DNA from: Vulcanimicrobiota bacterium
GTDB lineage: Bacteria > Vulcanimicrobiota > Vulcanimicrobiia > Vulcanimicrobiales > Vulcanimicrobiaceae
Assembly: GCA_963820825.1 (NCBI GenBank)
Contig: CAWGBN010000006.1
Location: 320,001 to 384,000 of the forward strand
DNA length: 64,000 nucleotides
Reading direction: 5' to 3'
Under the pieces are notes generated by a model, which was not told the DNA's origin, did no database searches, and worked only from the letters and a program-made list of their open reading frames with translations. This document shows, in pieces, positions 1 through 8,627 of the stretch; positions within the stretch are counted from its first letter, which is position 1; each line of letters opens with the position of its first letter. A program made the position numbers and the translations under genes.

Positions 1-590
1 TGGTCGCGTTGATCGTCGCGACGATCTTGGCCGCGCCGCTGGCGCGCGAGATCGACGGCCACCTCGAAATCGCGCTCACGCGGCCGTGCTCGCGGGTGCG
101 CTTCGCGCTCGGGGTTCTCGTCGCCGACGTCGCCGGCATCGTCGCGGCTTCCGTGCTGACGATCGTCGCGTTCTACGCCTGTCAACTGCTCTTCGAGTCG
201 GCGCGGCTCGATTTTAGCGGAATCAACGCGCGGGCCATCGCTATGGGCGTCGCGATGCCGCTGGCGTGGTACGCCATGCTCTGCGCGGCCACGACCTGGC
301 TCAACCGCTCCTACGGCGCGGTGCTCGGGTTCGCGTGGCCGGTGGCGATTCTCGTCGGCGTCCTCACGCTCGTTCACCCCAGCAACGTGGTGGCGCTCTT
401 CGTGCACGATATTGCCTGGGTGCTCTCGCGGCTCGACCCGCTGTCGTACGTCTCGTTTGCATCGCCGAACGATAACGGCACCTTCGAGTACGCCAGCTCG
501 GACTTCGGGCTGCGGTTCTTGGTAGAGATAATGTTCTTCGTCGTCTATGGTGCGCTCGCCATCATCAAGTGGCAGCGCGTGGAGGCCTGA
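1..590 (+). CDS. ABC-2-type transporter permease-like membrane protein (5' truncated)
   Basis: Several hydrophobic helices; 'AREIDGHLEIALTRPCSR' resembles the ExxxGT-L-xxP-SR loop of ABC-2 permeases; the frame is open from the window edge. Confidence 0.6.
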   Translation, partial: VALIVATILAAPLAREIDGHLEIALTRPCSRVRFALGVLVADVAGIVAASVLTIVAFYACQLLFESARLDFSGINARAIAMGVAMPLAWYAMLCAATTWLNRSYGAVLGFAWPVAILVGVLTLVHPSNVVALFVHDIAWVLSRLDPLSYVSFASPNDNGTFEYASSDFGLRFLVEIMFFVVYGALAIIKWQRVEA

Positions 591-592
591 TC

Positions 593-745
593 GTGGAAAT
601 CATTGGAACGAATTTCTCCCTCACGCTCGGCGCGTGGCGCCTGCGCTTCATGCTGGCGATCGAAGACCAGGACGAACGCCCCAAAGAGAGAGTCCGTCCG
701 CCGCACAAGCTGCGCGTCGTGCCTGAGGACGAGTACGTTCGGTAA
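593..745 (+). CDS. Small hypothetical protein (50 aa)
   Basis: GGAGG at 581-585, GTG at 593, TAA at 743-745; MEIIGTNFSLTLGAWRLRFMLAIEDQDERPKERVRPPHKLRVVPEDEYVR; below the ORF-track cutoff. Confidence 0.55.
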   Translation: MEIIGTNFSLTLGAWRLRFMLAIEDQDERPKERVRPPHKLRVVPEDEYVR

Positions 746-779
746 AAGAGCGGCACGGCGCCCCGCACTTTAACGGGGG

Positions 780-1961
780 TTAGTAAACAAAGCCTGTGCG
801 GACGGCTGGGCGAGCGAACTTGAAGCCGTCGGCGTCGACGGTGTAGAGGTAGATGTTCGGAATCAGCGGATCGCCGCTGATGTTGAAGGCGAACTGACCG
901 ACGAGCGTCGTGAACGTGCCGCCCGTCTGCAGGGTGCGCAGCAGCGCCTGGCGGGAGGTCGCGTTCCCACGCTGCGACGCCGCGATGATTAGCTGCGCGG
1001 CGGCGTAACCGAAGGCGGATTGCGTCGTGATTTGGCTGACCTCGCGCTCGAAATCGGTGACGAGTTGGACGGCGGTCGGGACGCGATCGAGCGGCGGCAT
1101 CGGCGAGGCGACGTACCCCCCTTTGAGCGTCCTGGCGTAGGTCGAAATCGTCTCGGAATTATAGAATCCATCGGCGGCTCCGAACTCGCCGGTGTAGCCG
1201 AGTACGCGCATCGCGTCGGCAATCGGTCCAAGCTCGGCCGACTTTCCGGCAAGAAAAACGTACCCCGGCGAACGGTCGAGCACGGTCCGCGCGGCTTGCG
1301 CGGGATCGGTCTTTTCGAGCGGAAAGAGCAAGACTTGCGCCGGGTGGCGGTCGTTCTGCGCTTGCGTGACGAAGCCGCTCGCGACGTCGTAGCCGTAATC
1401 GCCGTCAAAGGCGACCGCGATCGCGCTCACCCCGCGTTTGCCCTCGAGTGCGACGGTAGCGAAGAGCCGTCCGGCCGCACTGTCGCGTGCGGGGAGGCGA
1501 TAGATATTGTGATAGCCGCGCTTCGTGACCGAGTCGGCGGTGACGGTCGGACAGATCACCGCAAAACCGACGTTCGCGTAGCGCGAAAGCGCGGCGAGCG
1601 TCATCGGCGCAGTGAGATTACCGACGACTCCGATGCAGTTGAAATCCGCGGCCGCGACGCTGGCGTTCGACGAGGCGACGCCGGGATCGTTGCGGTCGTC
1701 GTACGGGCGTATTCCCCAAGCGTTTGAGAGCAACGTGTTAAAGCGATTCTGCTCGTCGACGGCGGCCTGCACGCCTTTGACGACTTCCTGGCCGTACTTC
1801 TGCAGCGGGCCCGAGAGGGTGACGTTGACCGCGATGTTGATCTGCGGCAGATAGCGCTGTGTCTGGACGGGCGGACCCGGAGCGATCTGCGCGCGCGCCG
1901 GAAGCGCCACGCCGCCGGCGGCGGCCGCTGCGGCGGCCGTAATGAACCGGCGCCGTTTCAC
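780..1961 (-). CDS. LivK-like (branched-chain amino acid family) substrate-binding protein with Tat signal
   Basis: MKRRRFI Tat-type leader; LSGP...G, YDD, VVG, AFGYAAAQ and TLVGQFAF motifs of periplasmic binding protein type 1. Confidence 0.8.
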   Translation of the reverse strand: MKRRRFITAAAAAAAGGVALPARAQIAPGPPVQTQRYLPQINIAVNVTLSGPLQKYGQEVVKGVQAAVDEQNRFNTLLSNAWGIRPYDDRNDPGVASSNASVAAADFNCIGVVGNLTAPMTLAALSRYANVGFAVICPTVTADSVTKRGYHNIYRLPARDSAAGRLFATVALEGKRGVSAIAVAFDGDYGYDVASGFVTQAQNDRHPAQVLLFPLEKTDPAQAARTVLDRSPGYVFLAGKSAELGPIADAMRVLGYTGEFGAADGFYNSETISTYARTLKGGYVASPMPPLDRVPTAVQLVTDFEREVSQITTQSAFGYAAAQLIIAASQRGNATSRQALLRTLQTGGTFTTLVGQFAFNISGDPLIPNIYLYTVDADGFKFARPAVRTGFVY

Positions 1962-2806
1962 ACGTATCCGCCGACGGTCGTGATCAGGAAGAAGACCGAA
2001 AACGTCATGTTGGAGATAAAAATGCGCTCGTTGATTACGAAAAGATTGGCCCCGCTTCGGAAGAGATACTCTTCATAGATAATGAGAACCGCGACTGAGA
2101 GCACGCCGAGAAAGTACGGCCGTCCGGCTCCGGCGAGTACCCCCGCGGCTCCCAGGAGCAGGAGCATCGCGCCGTGGAGCACGATCGGTAGAATGCGCCC
2201 GCTCGCTTCGCCGAATCGCACGGGCAAGGAATAGATGCCTTGCGCGCGGTCGACGCCGAGATCCATCAACGCATAGATGATGTCGAATCCCGCGACCCAG
2301 ATCGTTACCGCGGCGAAGAGTAAGATCGCGGGCAGCGTGATCTTGCCCGCAACGCCGATATACGCGCCCAACGGCGCGAGACCGTCGACCGCGCCGAGCA
2401 CGAAGTGGGTCGCCCAAGTGAAGCGCTTGCAGAGCGGATAGATCAACACGAGCAGCGCCGCAATCGGCATGAGCTTCACGCAGAGCGGATTGAGCATCCA
2501 GGCCGAAACGAGCAGCAGCGCGAGGCCCGCAGCGCTCGCCCACAGCATCGTTGCGGGCGAGAGCGCGCCGCTGGCCAAGGCACGGCGAGCGGTTCGCGGA
2601 TTGCGCGCGTCGATCTCGCGGTCGAGAAAACGATTCGCCGCCATTGCCGCGGTCCGCGCGCCGAGAACGGCGAGGGTAATCCAAATCAGCGCGGCGAGCG
2701 AAGGAATGCCGCGGGCCGCCAAGATCGCGCCGACGTAGGCAAAGGGCAATGCGAAGAGCGTGTGCTCGATGCGTATTTCGCGCAGAAAGAGCGCGACGGT
2801 TCTCAC
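1958..2806 (-). CDS. UbiA-family prenyltransferase (MqnP-like)
   Basis: EHTLFALPF, NRFLDREIDARNPRT, YPLCKRFT, GFDIIYALMD; GTGA overlap with the upstream ubiD-family stop. Confidence 0.9.
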   Translation of the reverse strand: MRTVALFLREIRIEHTLFALPFAYVGAILAARGIPSLAALIWITLAVLGARTAAMAANRFLDREIDARNPRTARRALASGALSPATMLWASAAGLALLLVSAWMLNPLCVKLMPIAALLVLIYPLCKRFTWATHFVLGAVDGLAPLGAYIGVAGKITLPAILLFAAVTIWVAGFDIIYALMDLGVDRAQGIYSLPVRFGEASGRILPIVLHGAMLLLLGAAGVLAGAGRPYFLGVLSVAVLIIYEEYLFRSGANLFVINERIFISNMTFSVFFLITTVGGYV

Positions 2807-4335
2807 CGGAGCGACTCGTCGCGGGTGCGCACGAGCCGCTCGTACGATTGCGCGCCCTGACCGGACCAATCGTCGGGCTGTAACGCCTTCGTTATTGCAT
2901 CGAGACCGTAGGCCGTCCAACGTTCGCTTACCAGGCGGCGCGTTGCGTCGTCGGCGACCATCTCCGGCGGCCACCGGCGGGTGTAGCCCTCGGATGCATC
3001 CTTACGGGTCGCGTCGATGCCGATCTTCGTTCCGTATGCGACGCTGTAGGAGCCGTGGTCGAGATCGTCGACCGGTCCCGGCATCGTCACGACGTCGCGC
3101 TCGGGCGCTAAGTTGTTGAGAACGAACCACGCGACCGCACGCGGATCTTGGACGTCCACATCGGCATCGACCACGACCAGGACGCGCGTGAGCATCATCA
3201 TATGGCCGAGCCCCCAGAGGGCGTTCATCACTTTCTTGGCTTGGCCCGGATAGGACTTTCGAATCGAGACGATCGCGAGGTTGTGGAAGCCGCCTTCGAC
3301 GGGAAGATTCATGTCGACGACCTCGGGAAGCATCGCCTGCAGAATCGGAAGAAAGATTCGTTCGGTGGCCTTGCCCAGCCACGCGTCCTCCATCGGCGGT
3401 TTGCCGACGACCGTCGCCGCATACACCGGATTGCGGCGGTGCGTGATGCACGTGACGTGAAAGGTCGGATAGCGATCGGCCGGACTGTAGACGCCGGTAT
3501 GGTCGCCGAACGGACCTTCGACCCGAAGATCTTCGTTGTCGACGTAGCCTTCCAACACGAACTCGGCTTCGGCAGGTACGAGCAGATCGACGCTTTTGGC
3601 GCGCACGAGTTCGACGGGTTTGCCGCGCAGGAGACCGGCGAAGGCAAACTCGTCGAGCATCGGCGGAAGCGGTGCCGTTGCAGCATAGGTGAGCGCGGGT
3701 TCGGTCCCGATCGCGACCGCGACGGGAATCCGTGCGCCCGCGGCCTCGGCGTGCGCCCTGCCCTGTTTGTGACGCTGCCAGTGCATGCCCGTCTCCTGTG
3801 CGTTGAAGACCTGCATCCGGTACATGCCGACGTTGAACCGTCGGCTCTTGGGATCTTTGGTGATGACGAGCGGAAGCGTGATGAATGGACCGGCGTCGAG
3901 CGGCCAGGTCGTCAAGACGGGAAGTTTCGTAAGGTCGGCCGGCGCCATCACGACCTCTTGAACGCTTCCCTCGCGCAGGATCTTCGGAATTGCGTTGGCG
4001 AGCGGCGCGAGCCGCAGCGCACCTCGCAGCTTTCCGACGAACGATCCGCCCGGCGGCGCGATATCGACGAGCTTGCGTACGCGTGCGCCGACTTCGTCGA
4101 GCGTCGTCGCATCGAGGGCCATCGCCATCCGCCGGTGCGTCCCGAACTGATTCGTCAGCACCGGAAAGCTCGAGCCTTTCACGTTGGAGAAGAGCAGGGC
4201 CGGTCCCCCGGCTTTCACGACGCGGTCGGTGATCGCGCCGATCTCCAGCCGCGGATCGACGCTCGCGACGACGACGTGAAGCTCGCCGGCACGCCGCAAA
4301 GCGGCGACGAACTCACCCAAGGACGCAAAAGGCAT
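2803..4335 (-). CDS. UbiD-family decarboxylase (menaquinone biosynthesis type)
   Basis: EGPFGDHTG, NVGMYRMQ, GKPPMED, KIGIDAT motifs. Confidence 0.92.
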   Translation of the reverse strand: MPFASLGEFVAALRRAGELHVVVASVDPRLEIGAITDRVVKAGGPALLFSNVKGSSFPVLTNQFGTHRRMAMALDATTLDEVGARVRKLVDIAPPGGSFVGKLRGALRLAPLANAIPKILREGSVQEVVMAPADLTKLPVLTTWPLDAGPFITLPLVITKDPKSRRFNVGMYRMQVFNAQETGMHWQRHKQGRAHAEAAGARIPVAVAIGTEPALTYAATAPLPPMLDEFAFAGLLRGKPVELVRAKSVDLLVPAEAEFVLEGYVDNEDLRVEGPFGDHTGVYSPADRYPTFHVTCITHRRNPVYAATVVGKPPMEDAWLGKATERIFLPILQAMLPEVVDMNLPVEGGFHNLAIVSIRKSYPGQAKKVMNALWGLGHMMMLTRVLVVVDADVDVQDPRAVAWFVLNNLAPERDVVTMPGPVDDLDHGSYSVAYGTKIGIDATRKDASEGYTRRWPPEMVADDATRRLVSERWTAYGLDAITKALQPDDWSGQGAQSYERLVRTRDESLR

Positions 4336-4364
4336 GGCGTCCTGACTTACGCCCCGGGGAGCGA

Positions 4365-5285
4365 TTACTCTTTGTGAGCGGGAATTGCCGCGACGAAGCG
4401 CGCGCCGCCCGACGGAGCCTCGGCGACCGAGACCGCGCCGTCGTGCGCGCGCGCGATCCAGCTCACGATTGCCAGCCCAAGACCCGTACCGTTGCCGTCG
4501 TCCGAGCGCCGGTAGAAGCGCTCGAAGATCCGCTGGCGCTCTTGCGTGGGAATGCCCTCGCCGTCGTCGTCGACGACGATCTCGCAGAGATCGCCGTTGC
4601 GGCGCGAGGCGATCGCGACGCTCCCGCGCGCGTGACGAATTGCGTTGTCGAGTAAATTCCGCGCGAGTTCGCGCAGGCGACGCTCGTCACCGTCGACGAT
4701 CGCGCTGGCCGGGGAGCTTTCGAGCCGTATGCCGCGCGCGGTCGCAATCGGCTGCGTCTCGCTCGACGAATCGGCGACGACGGCTCCAAGGTCCACCGGC
4801 TCGCACTGCAACGCGCGACGCGCGGGATCGCGCGCGAGCGTCAGCAAGTCGGTGACGACCGCCGATGCTTCGAACGCGCTGCGTGCGATCGCTTCGAAGG
4901 CGGCGCGCGTCTCCTCCGGCGGCCGCATGCGCGCGGCCTGCGCGAGCGCCGCAATCGCGGCCAGCGGGGAACGCAGCTCGTGGGCTGCATCCGCGGCGAA
5001 GATGCGTTCGCGCTCGCGGGCCGCTTCGATCGGTGCGATCGCCGTCCGGGCCAGTACGTACGAAGCGACGGCGACGATCGCGACGATCGGAAGATCGAGC
5101 GCAGCGAGCGTAAGGGCGACGCGTCGCATCGCCGCGCTCAGCGCCTGCGAGCCTTCGGGTGTGCCGAGAGCCGGACCGAGCAGCGAGGTATACTCGCGCG
5201 CCATGAACGCGTAGGCTCCGGCATTGAGCGCCAGGAGCACGCAGACGAAGACGGCGAGATAGAGTAACGCTACCCGAAGAATCAA
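4365..5285 (-). CDS. Sensor histidine kinase (two TM helices, very short extracytoplasmic loop)
   Basis: AAHELRSPL H-box, NLLDNAIRH N-box, DDGEGI, GTGLGL; TTG start overlaps the regulator stop (TTGA). Confidence 0.9.
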   Translation of the reverse strand: MILRVALLYLAVFVCVLLALNAGAYAFMAREYTSLLGPALGTPEGSQALSAAMRRVALTLAALDLPIVAIVAVASYVLARTAIAPIEAARERERIFAADAAHELRSPLAAIAALAQAARMRPPEETRAAFEAIARSAFEASAVVTDLLTLARDPARRALQCEPVDLGAVVADSSSETQPIATARGIRLESSPASAIVDGDERRLRELARNLLDNAIRHARGSVAIASRRNGDLCEIVVDDDGEGIPTQERQRIFERFYRRSDDGNGTGLGLAIVSWIARAHDGAVSVAEAPSGGARFVAAIPAHKE

Positions 5286-5953
5286 CCGGTCTTTAGGCGG
5301 TATCCGATACCCCATACCGTTTCGATGACACCGCTCGCTCCCAGCGCCTTGAGCTTTCGTCGAAGCTGGCTGACGTAGACGTCGACGATATTGCTGGAGC
5401 CCTCGAAATCGTAATCCCAAATGCGCTCGACGATTTGCGTGCGCGAGAGCGCGATTCCGGCGTTACGCGCGAGAAACTCCAAGAGGCGAAACTCGGTCGC
5501 GCCGAGCACGACCGGCCGCCCTTCGTATGCGACGGTGCGCGCGCCGAGATCGACGCGAAGTCCTCCGGCCTCGACCACGCCGAGCATCGGCCGGTCCCCG
5601 CGGCGCAGAATCGCTCCGATACGCGCGACCAGCTCCTCTTCGACGAACGGCTTGACGAGATAATCGTCGGCGCCGCATTCGAGACCCGCGACCCGATCTT
5701 CGACGGCGTCCCGAGCGGTGAGCATAAGGATGGGCGTCTGAACGCCCTCGGCGCGGGCACTGCGCGCCAGCGAGAAGCCGTCCATGCCGGGCAGTCCGAC
5801 GTCGATCACGGCTGCGTCGTAACACCGGCGCAGGAGGTGGTCGAGTCCGGAGGCGCCGTCGGTCACGACGTTCGCCGCATATTTGCGGGCTTCGAGCATC
5901 GTCCGGATCGACTCGGCGACCGGAACGTTATCTTCGACGACCAGAACTCTCAT
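5282..5953 (-). CDS. OmpR/PhoB-family response regulator
   Basis: VLVVED, IDVGLPGMDG, LTARD, GADDYLVKPF, ETVWGIGY. Confidence 0.95.
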   Translation of the reverse strand: MRVLVVEDNVPVAESIRTMLEARKYAANVVTDGASGLDHLLRRCYDAAVIDVGLPGMDGFSLARSARAEGVQTPILMLTARDAVEDRVAGLECGADDYLVKPFVEEELVARIGAILRRGDRPMLGVVEAGGLRVDLGARTVAYEGRPVVLGATEFRLLEFLARNAGIALSRTQIVERIWDYDFEGSSNIVDVYVSQLRRKLKALGASGVIETVWGIGYRLKTG

Positions 5954-5963
5954 ACGAATCGAC

Positions 5964-7094
5964 CTAGTTCTTCAACGGGCCCGGGAAAGCTACTGTCAGC
6001 GCGGCGCTAAAGTACGGGTGCTGGCCGGGCTGCTGCACCTCTTGGGCGAGCACCCGGAACGGCGCGATCTGCACCGCCGCGTAGTAGACGAAGTCGCGGT
6101 TGATGAACGGATTGGCGAAGGCGTCGTAGCGAAGGCCAAAGTATGCGTGCGGGATTGGATAGTACTTCAGCCGCACGTATCCGCCCGACGAGTGCTGATT
6201 GGTCAGGAAGCCGTCCGCGTCGTGATCGTCGCCGTACCATTGTTCGGCTTGGAGATCGAGGTTGCCGTAGCTGGCGTGCCCGAGCAGGCCGTACCGCTCG
6301 TAGAGGTCGGCGAACGGAAGGCGTCCGGTGGGAAGAACGCCGAGCGTTCCTCCGAGCGCGGTCGCGCCGAGATCGACTTCGGCGCTTCTTTTCTGGTAGA
6401 GCGTGTCGCGAAGCCAGATGCTCATCTCGGGACTCTTCATCCAGGTCGACTCACCGGTCGGCACCGGCTTGCCGCCGTAGGCGGAGCCGGCGTAGAAGCC
6501 CATGTCGACGACGCCGTCTACTCGGAAGTTTCCGAAAGTCCGTTCCGCCATCACGCCCCAGCGCGGCGACGAAAGCGGAAGGTTGTTTAGACCGACGTGC
6601 GCGCCGTAGTAGCCGTACTGCTCCAGATCGTCGAGTCGTTGTCCCGGCGACTGCGCGAGCGGAAGCTCGAAGAGCCCACCGCGGAAGAGCGTCTGCGTGT
6701 GCTCGTTGTATCCGGCAGCGAAGATCAGATAGGTCGCAGCCGGTCCTCCGCCCGATCCGAAATTATAGTGCAGGTAAGCGGTGATTGGGCCGATGTTGCC
6801 GCTGCCCAGCAGAATGCCTCCCTGAGAGTACCGCGGACTACCCGGCGCGGGCTGCTTATCGTATTCCAGTTGATACCGGATCGCAAAGATCGTCGTGCCG
6901 TGCTCGGGCAGCGGTAGACGATAACCGTGCGAACGGAAGTAGTTTCCAAACGCGTTGAGCTCCGGCAGCACGCTGTGGCACTGACCGCACTTAAAATGGT
7001 AGCGTTGGGCGAAAATCGGAATTGCCTGCGCCGGCGCGTTCGCCAGCGCGACGAAGAGCAGCGCAAAGCCTGCGGCAGCGAGCTTACTGCGCAA
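5964..7094 (-). CDS. Cyc2-like fused monoheme cytochrome c / outer-membrane beta-barrel protein
   Basis: Signal peptide ending AQA, then IPIFAQRYHFKCGQCHSVLPELNAFGNYFRSHGY (CxxCH at 6975-6989); the remainder is rich in amphipathic aromatic beta-strands; TTG start inferred. Confidence 0.72.
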   Translation of the reverse strand: MRSKLAAAGFALLFVALANAPAQAIPIFAQRYHFKCGQCHSVLPELNAFGNYFRSHGYRLPLPEHGTTIFAIRYQLEYDKQPAPGSPRYSQGGILLGSGNIGPITAYLHYNFGSGGGPAATYLIFAAGYNEHTQTLFRGGLFELPLAQSPGQRLDDLEQYGYYGAHVGLNNLPLSSPRWGVMAERTFGNFRVDGVVDMGFYAGSAYGGKPVPTGESTWMKSPEMSIWLRDTLYQKRSAEVDLGATALGGTLGVLPTGRLPFADLYERYGLLGHASYGNLDLQAEQWYGDDHDADGFLTNQHSSGGYVRLKYYPIPHAYFGLRYDAFANPFINRDFVYYAAVQIAPFRVLAQEVQQPGQHPYFSAALTVAFPGPLKN

Positions 7095-7536
7095 CGATCG
7101 CCGCTCGCATAGGCGCGCCGTAGTGGAAGAAGCAGCCGAAGAGATAGGTGCCCGGCCGATCGGCCGTGATCGTCTGTGAGGATGCGTTCGGCTGGAGCGC
7201 GCCGCTGCTGAACCCGCCGGAAAGGTTGCTGCCGTGCTGCTGCAACGCACCCGAATTAAACGGCGAGCCGCTCGGGAAGGTGCCGGCACCGGGAATCAGC
7301 GTCGCCGTGTGCGCGAACGTGTCGACGTTGACGAAATGAATTTGCGTACCTACCGAGACGGTGGTCACCGGCGGCGAGAAGCCTCCGCTCTGTCCGTACG
7401 GCGTCTGCGATGGCGCGAACTGGGTTAGGCTGACGTCGATGGTGACGCCGCCGCTTCCGCCGGACGACGACGGAATTCCGCCGGCCGTGCATGCCGCGAG
7501 CGCGAGTGCTGCGACCGCGGCAAAACGGCGTATCAT
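7084..7536 (-). CDS. Cupredoxin (type-1 copper) lipoprotein
   Basis: Lipobox LAAC; HT motif and GTYLFGCFFHYGAPM give the His/Cys/His/Met ligands; ATGA overlap. Confidence 0.85.
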   Translation of the reverse strand: MIRRFAAVAALALAACTAGGIPSSSGGSGGVTIDVSLTQFAPSQTPYGQSGGFSPPVTTVSVGTQIHFVNVDTFAHTATLIPGAGTFPSGSPFNSGALQQHGSNLSGGFSSGALQPNASSQTITADRPGTYLFGCFFHYGAPMRAAIVAQ

Positions 7537-8627
7537 TGCGACGCTACCCGATGCTGCTGGCGCACCGCGTCGAGGATCGCGTCGCCGAGTGCGCTCGATG
7601 CCAGCATCGTCTGCGCCAACGTGCCGTCGCCATTCATGACGTAAACGAAGGTCGTGTGCTCGTCGCGGTACCCGCGCTTCCCCTCGATGGAGAGAACGCC
7701 GAACTCGTGCATGACGGCCTCGACGTTGCGAACCGATCCGCCGGCGAGCAGCCAATACCGAGGATTGGCGTCGAAACGCGTTGCGAGCTCGCGCATCGTG
7801 CGCGGCGAGTCGTGCTCGGGATCGAGGGTGATGGTGAGCAATCGTGCGTGGAGATGCGCGTGCGCAATCCTGCGAGCGGCGTCGGCGAACTGGCCGTTGA
7901 TGAGCGGGCAGGCGTCGGTGCAGTGGGCCGATACGAAGGTGATGACGAGCGGCTCGCCGCGTAGTGAGGCGAGCGTAAACTCGCGACCGCGCTGATCGAC
8001 CAGATGCGTCCGCTGCGCCGGCTCCGGTGCTTTCGCTGTGGAACGCCGTTTGGCGTATCCGCCCGGTCCCGGCGACGCCGTCGGTCCGGGTGAAGCGCTC
8101 GCCGAGACCTCGATGATATCGCGCATGGCGTTTGAGACGTAGTGGACCGCACAGCCGATCAAATAAATTCCCGGCTTTGAAAGCGTGACGGTTACCGATG
8201 CGCCGGGATTGAGAAGTCCGCTCGCGTAGCCGCTTCCGAGGATGCCGTTTCCGGTCGGAGAGAATCCGAGACTGGGACTAACCGGCCACTGCGGCGGGGG
8301 TCCGTTCGTCTTCGCAATTACGTTGAGCGTATGAGAGTCGGCTTTTGAAAGATTCACGATCGTGAGCTTAGCGCCGGGGGCGAAGGCGAGAACTTGCGAG
8401 GTCTTCTCTTGCGTGAAGCCGCTCACCGTTCCCCAAACTGGATCGTTCTCGACGCCGATCTTTCCAGTCGGTATCCCCAGACCGATCGCCGACGCCGAGG
8501 GCAGCGGCGAAGGCGAACCGCCGCCTCCGCCGCCACCAATACTGCCCAAACCGCCGCCGTTCGTGCATGCCGTAACGGCCGCGATTGCAAGCGCGCCGAG
8601 CCAAAATGCCGGGCTGCGAAGGTTCAT
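7533..8627 (-). CDS. Cupredoxin-SCO1/SenC fusion lipoprotein
   Basis: Lipobox VTAC; HTLNV and GCAVHYVSNAM; then LVDQRG, CTDAC (CxxxC), ITLDPEHD and EHTTFVY SCO motifs. Confidence 0.82.
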   Translation of the reverse strand: MNLRSPAFWLGALAIAAVTACTNGGGLGSIGGGGGGGSPSPLPSASAIGLGIPTGKIGVENDPVWGTVSGFTQEKTSQVLAFAPGAKLTIVNLSKADSHTLNVIAKTNGPPPQWPVSPSLGFSPTGNGILGSGYASGLLNPGASVTVTLSKPGIYLIGCAVHYVSNAMRDIIEVSASASPGPTASPGPGGYAKRRSTAKAPEPAQRTHLVDQRGREFTLASLRGEPLVITFVSAHCTDACPLINGQFADAARRIAHAHLHARLLTITLDPEHDSPRTMRELATRFDANPRYWLLAGGSVRNVEAVMHEFGVLSIEGKRGYRDEHTTFVYVMNGDGTLAQTMLASSALGDAILDAVRQQHRVASQ

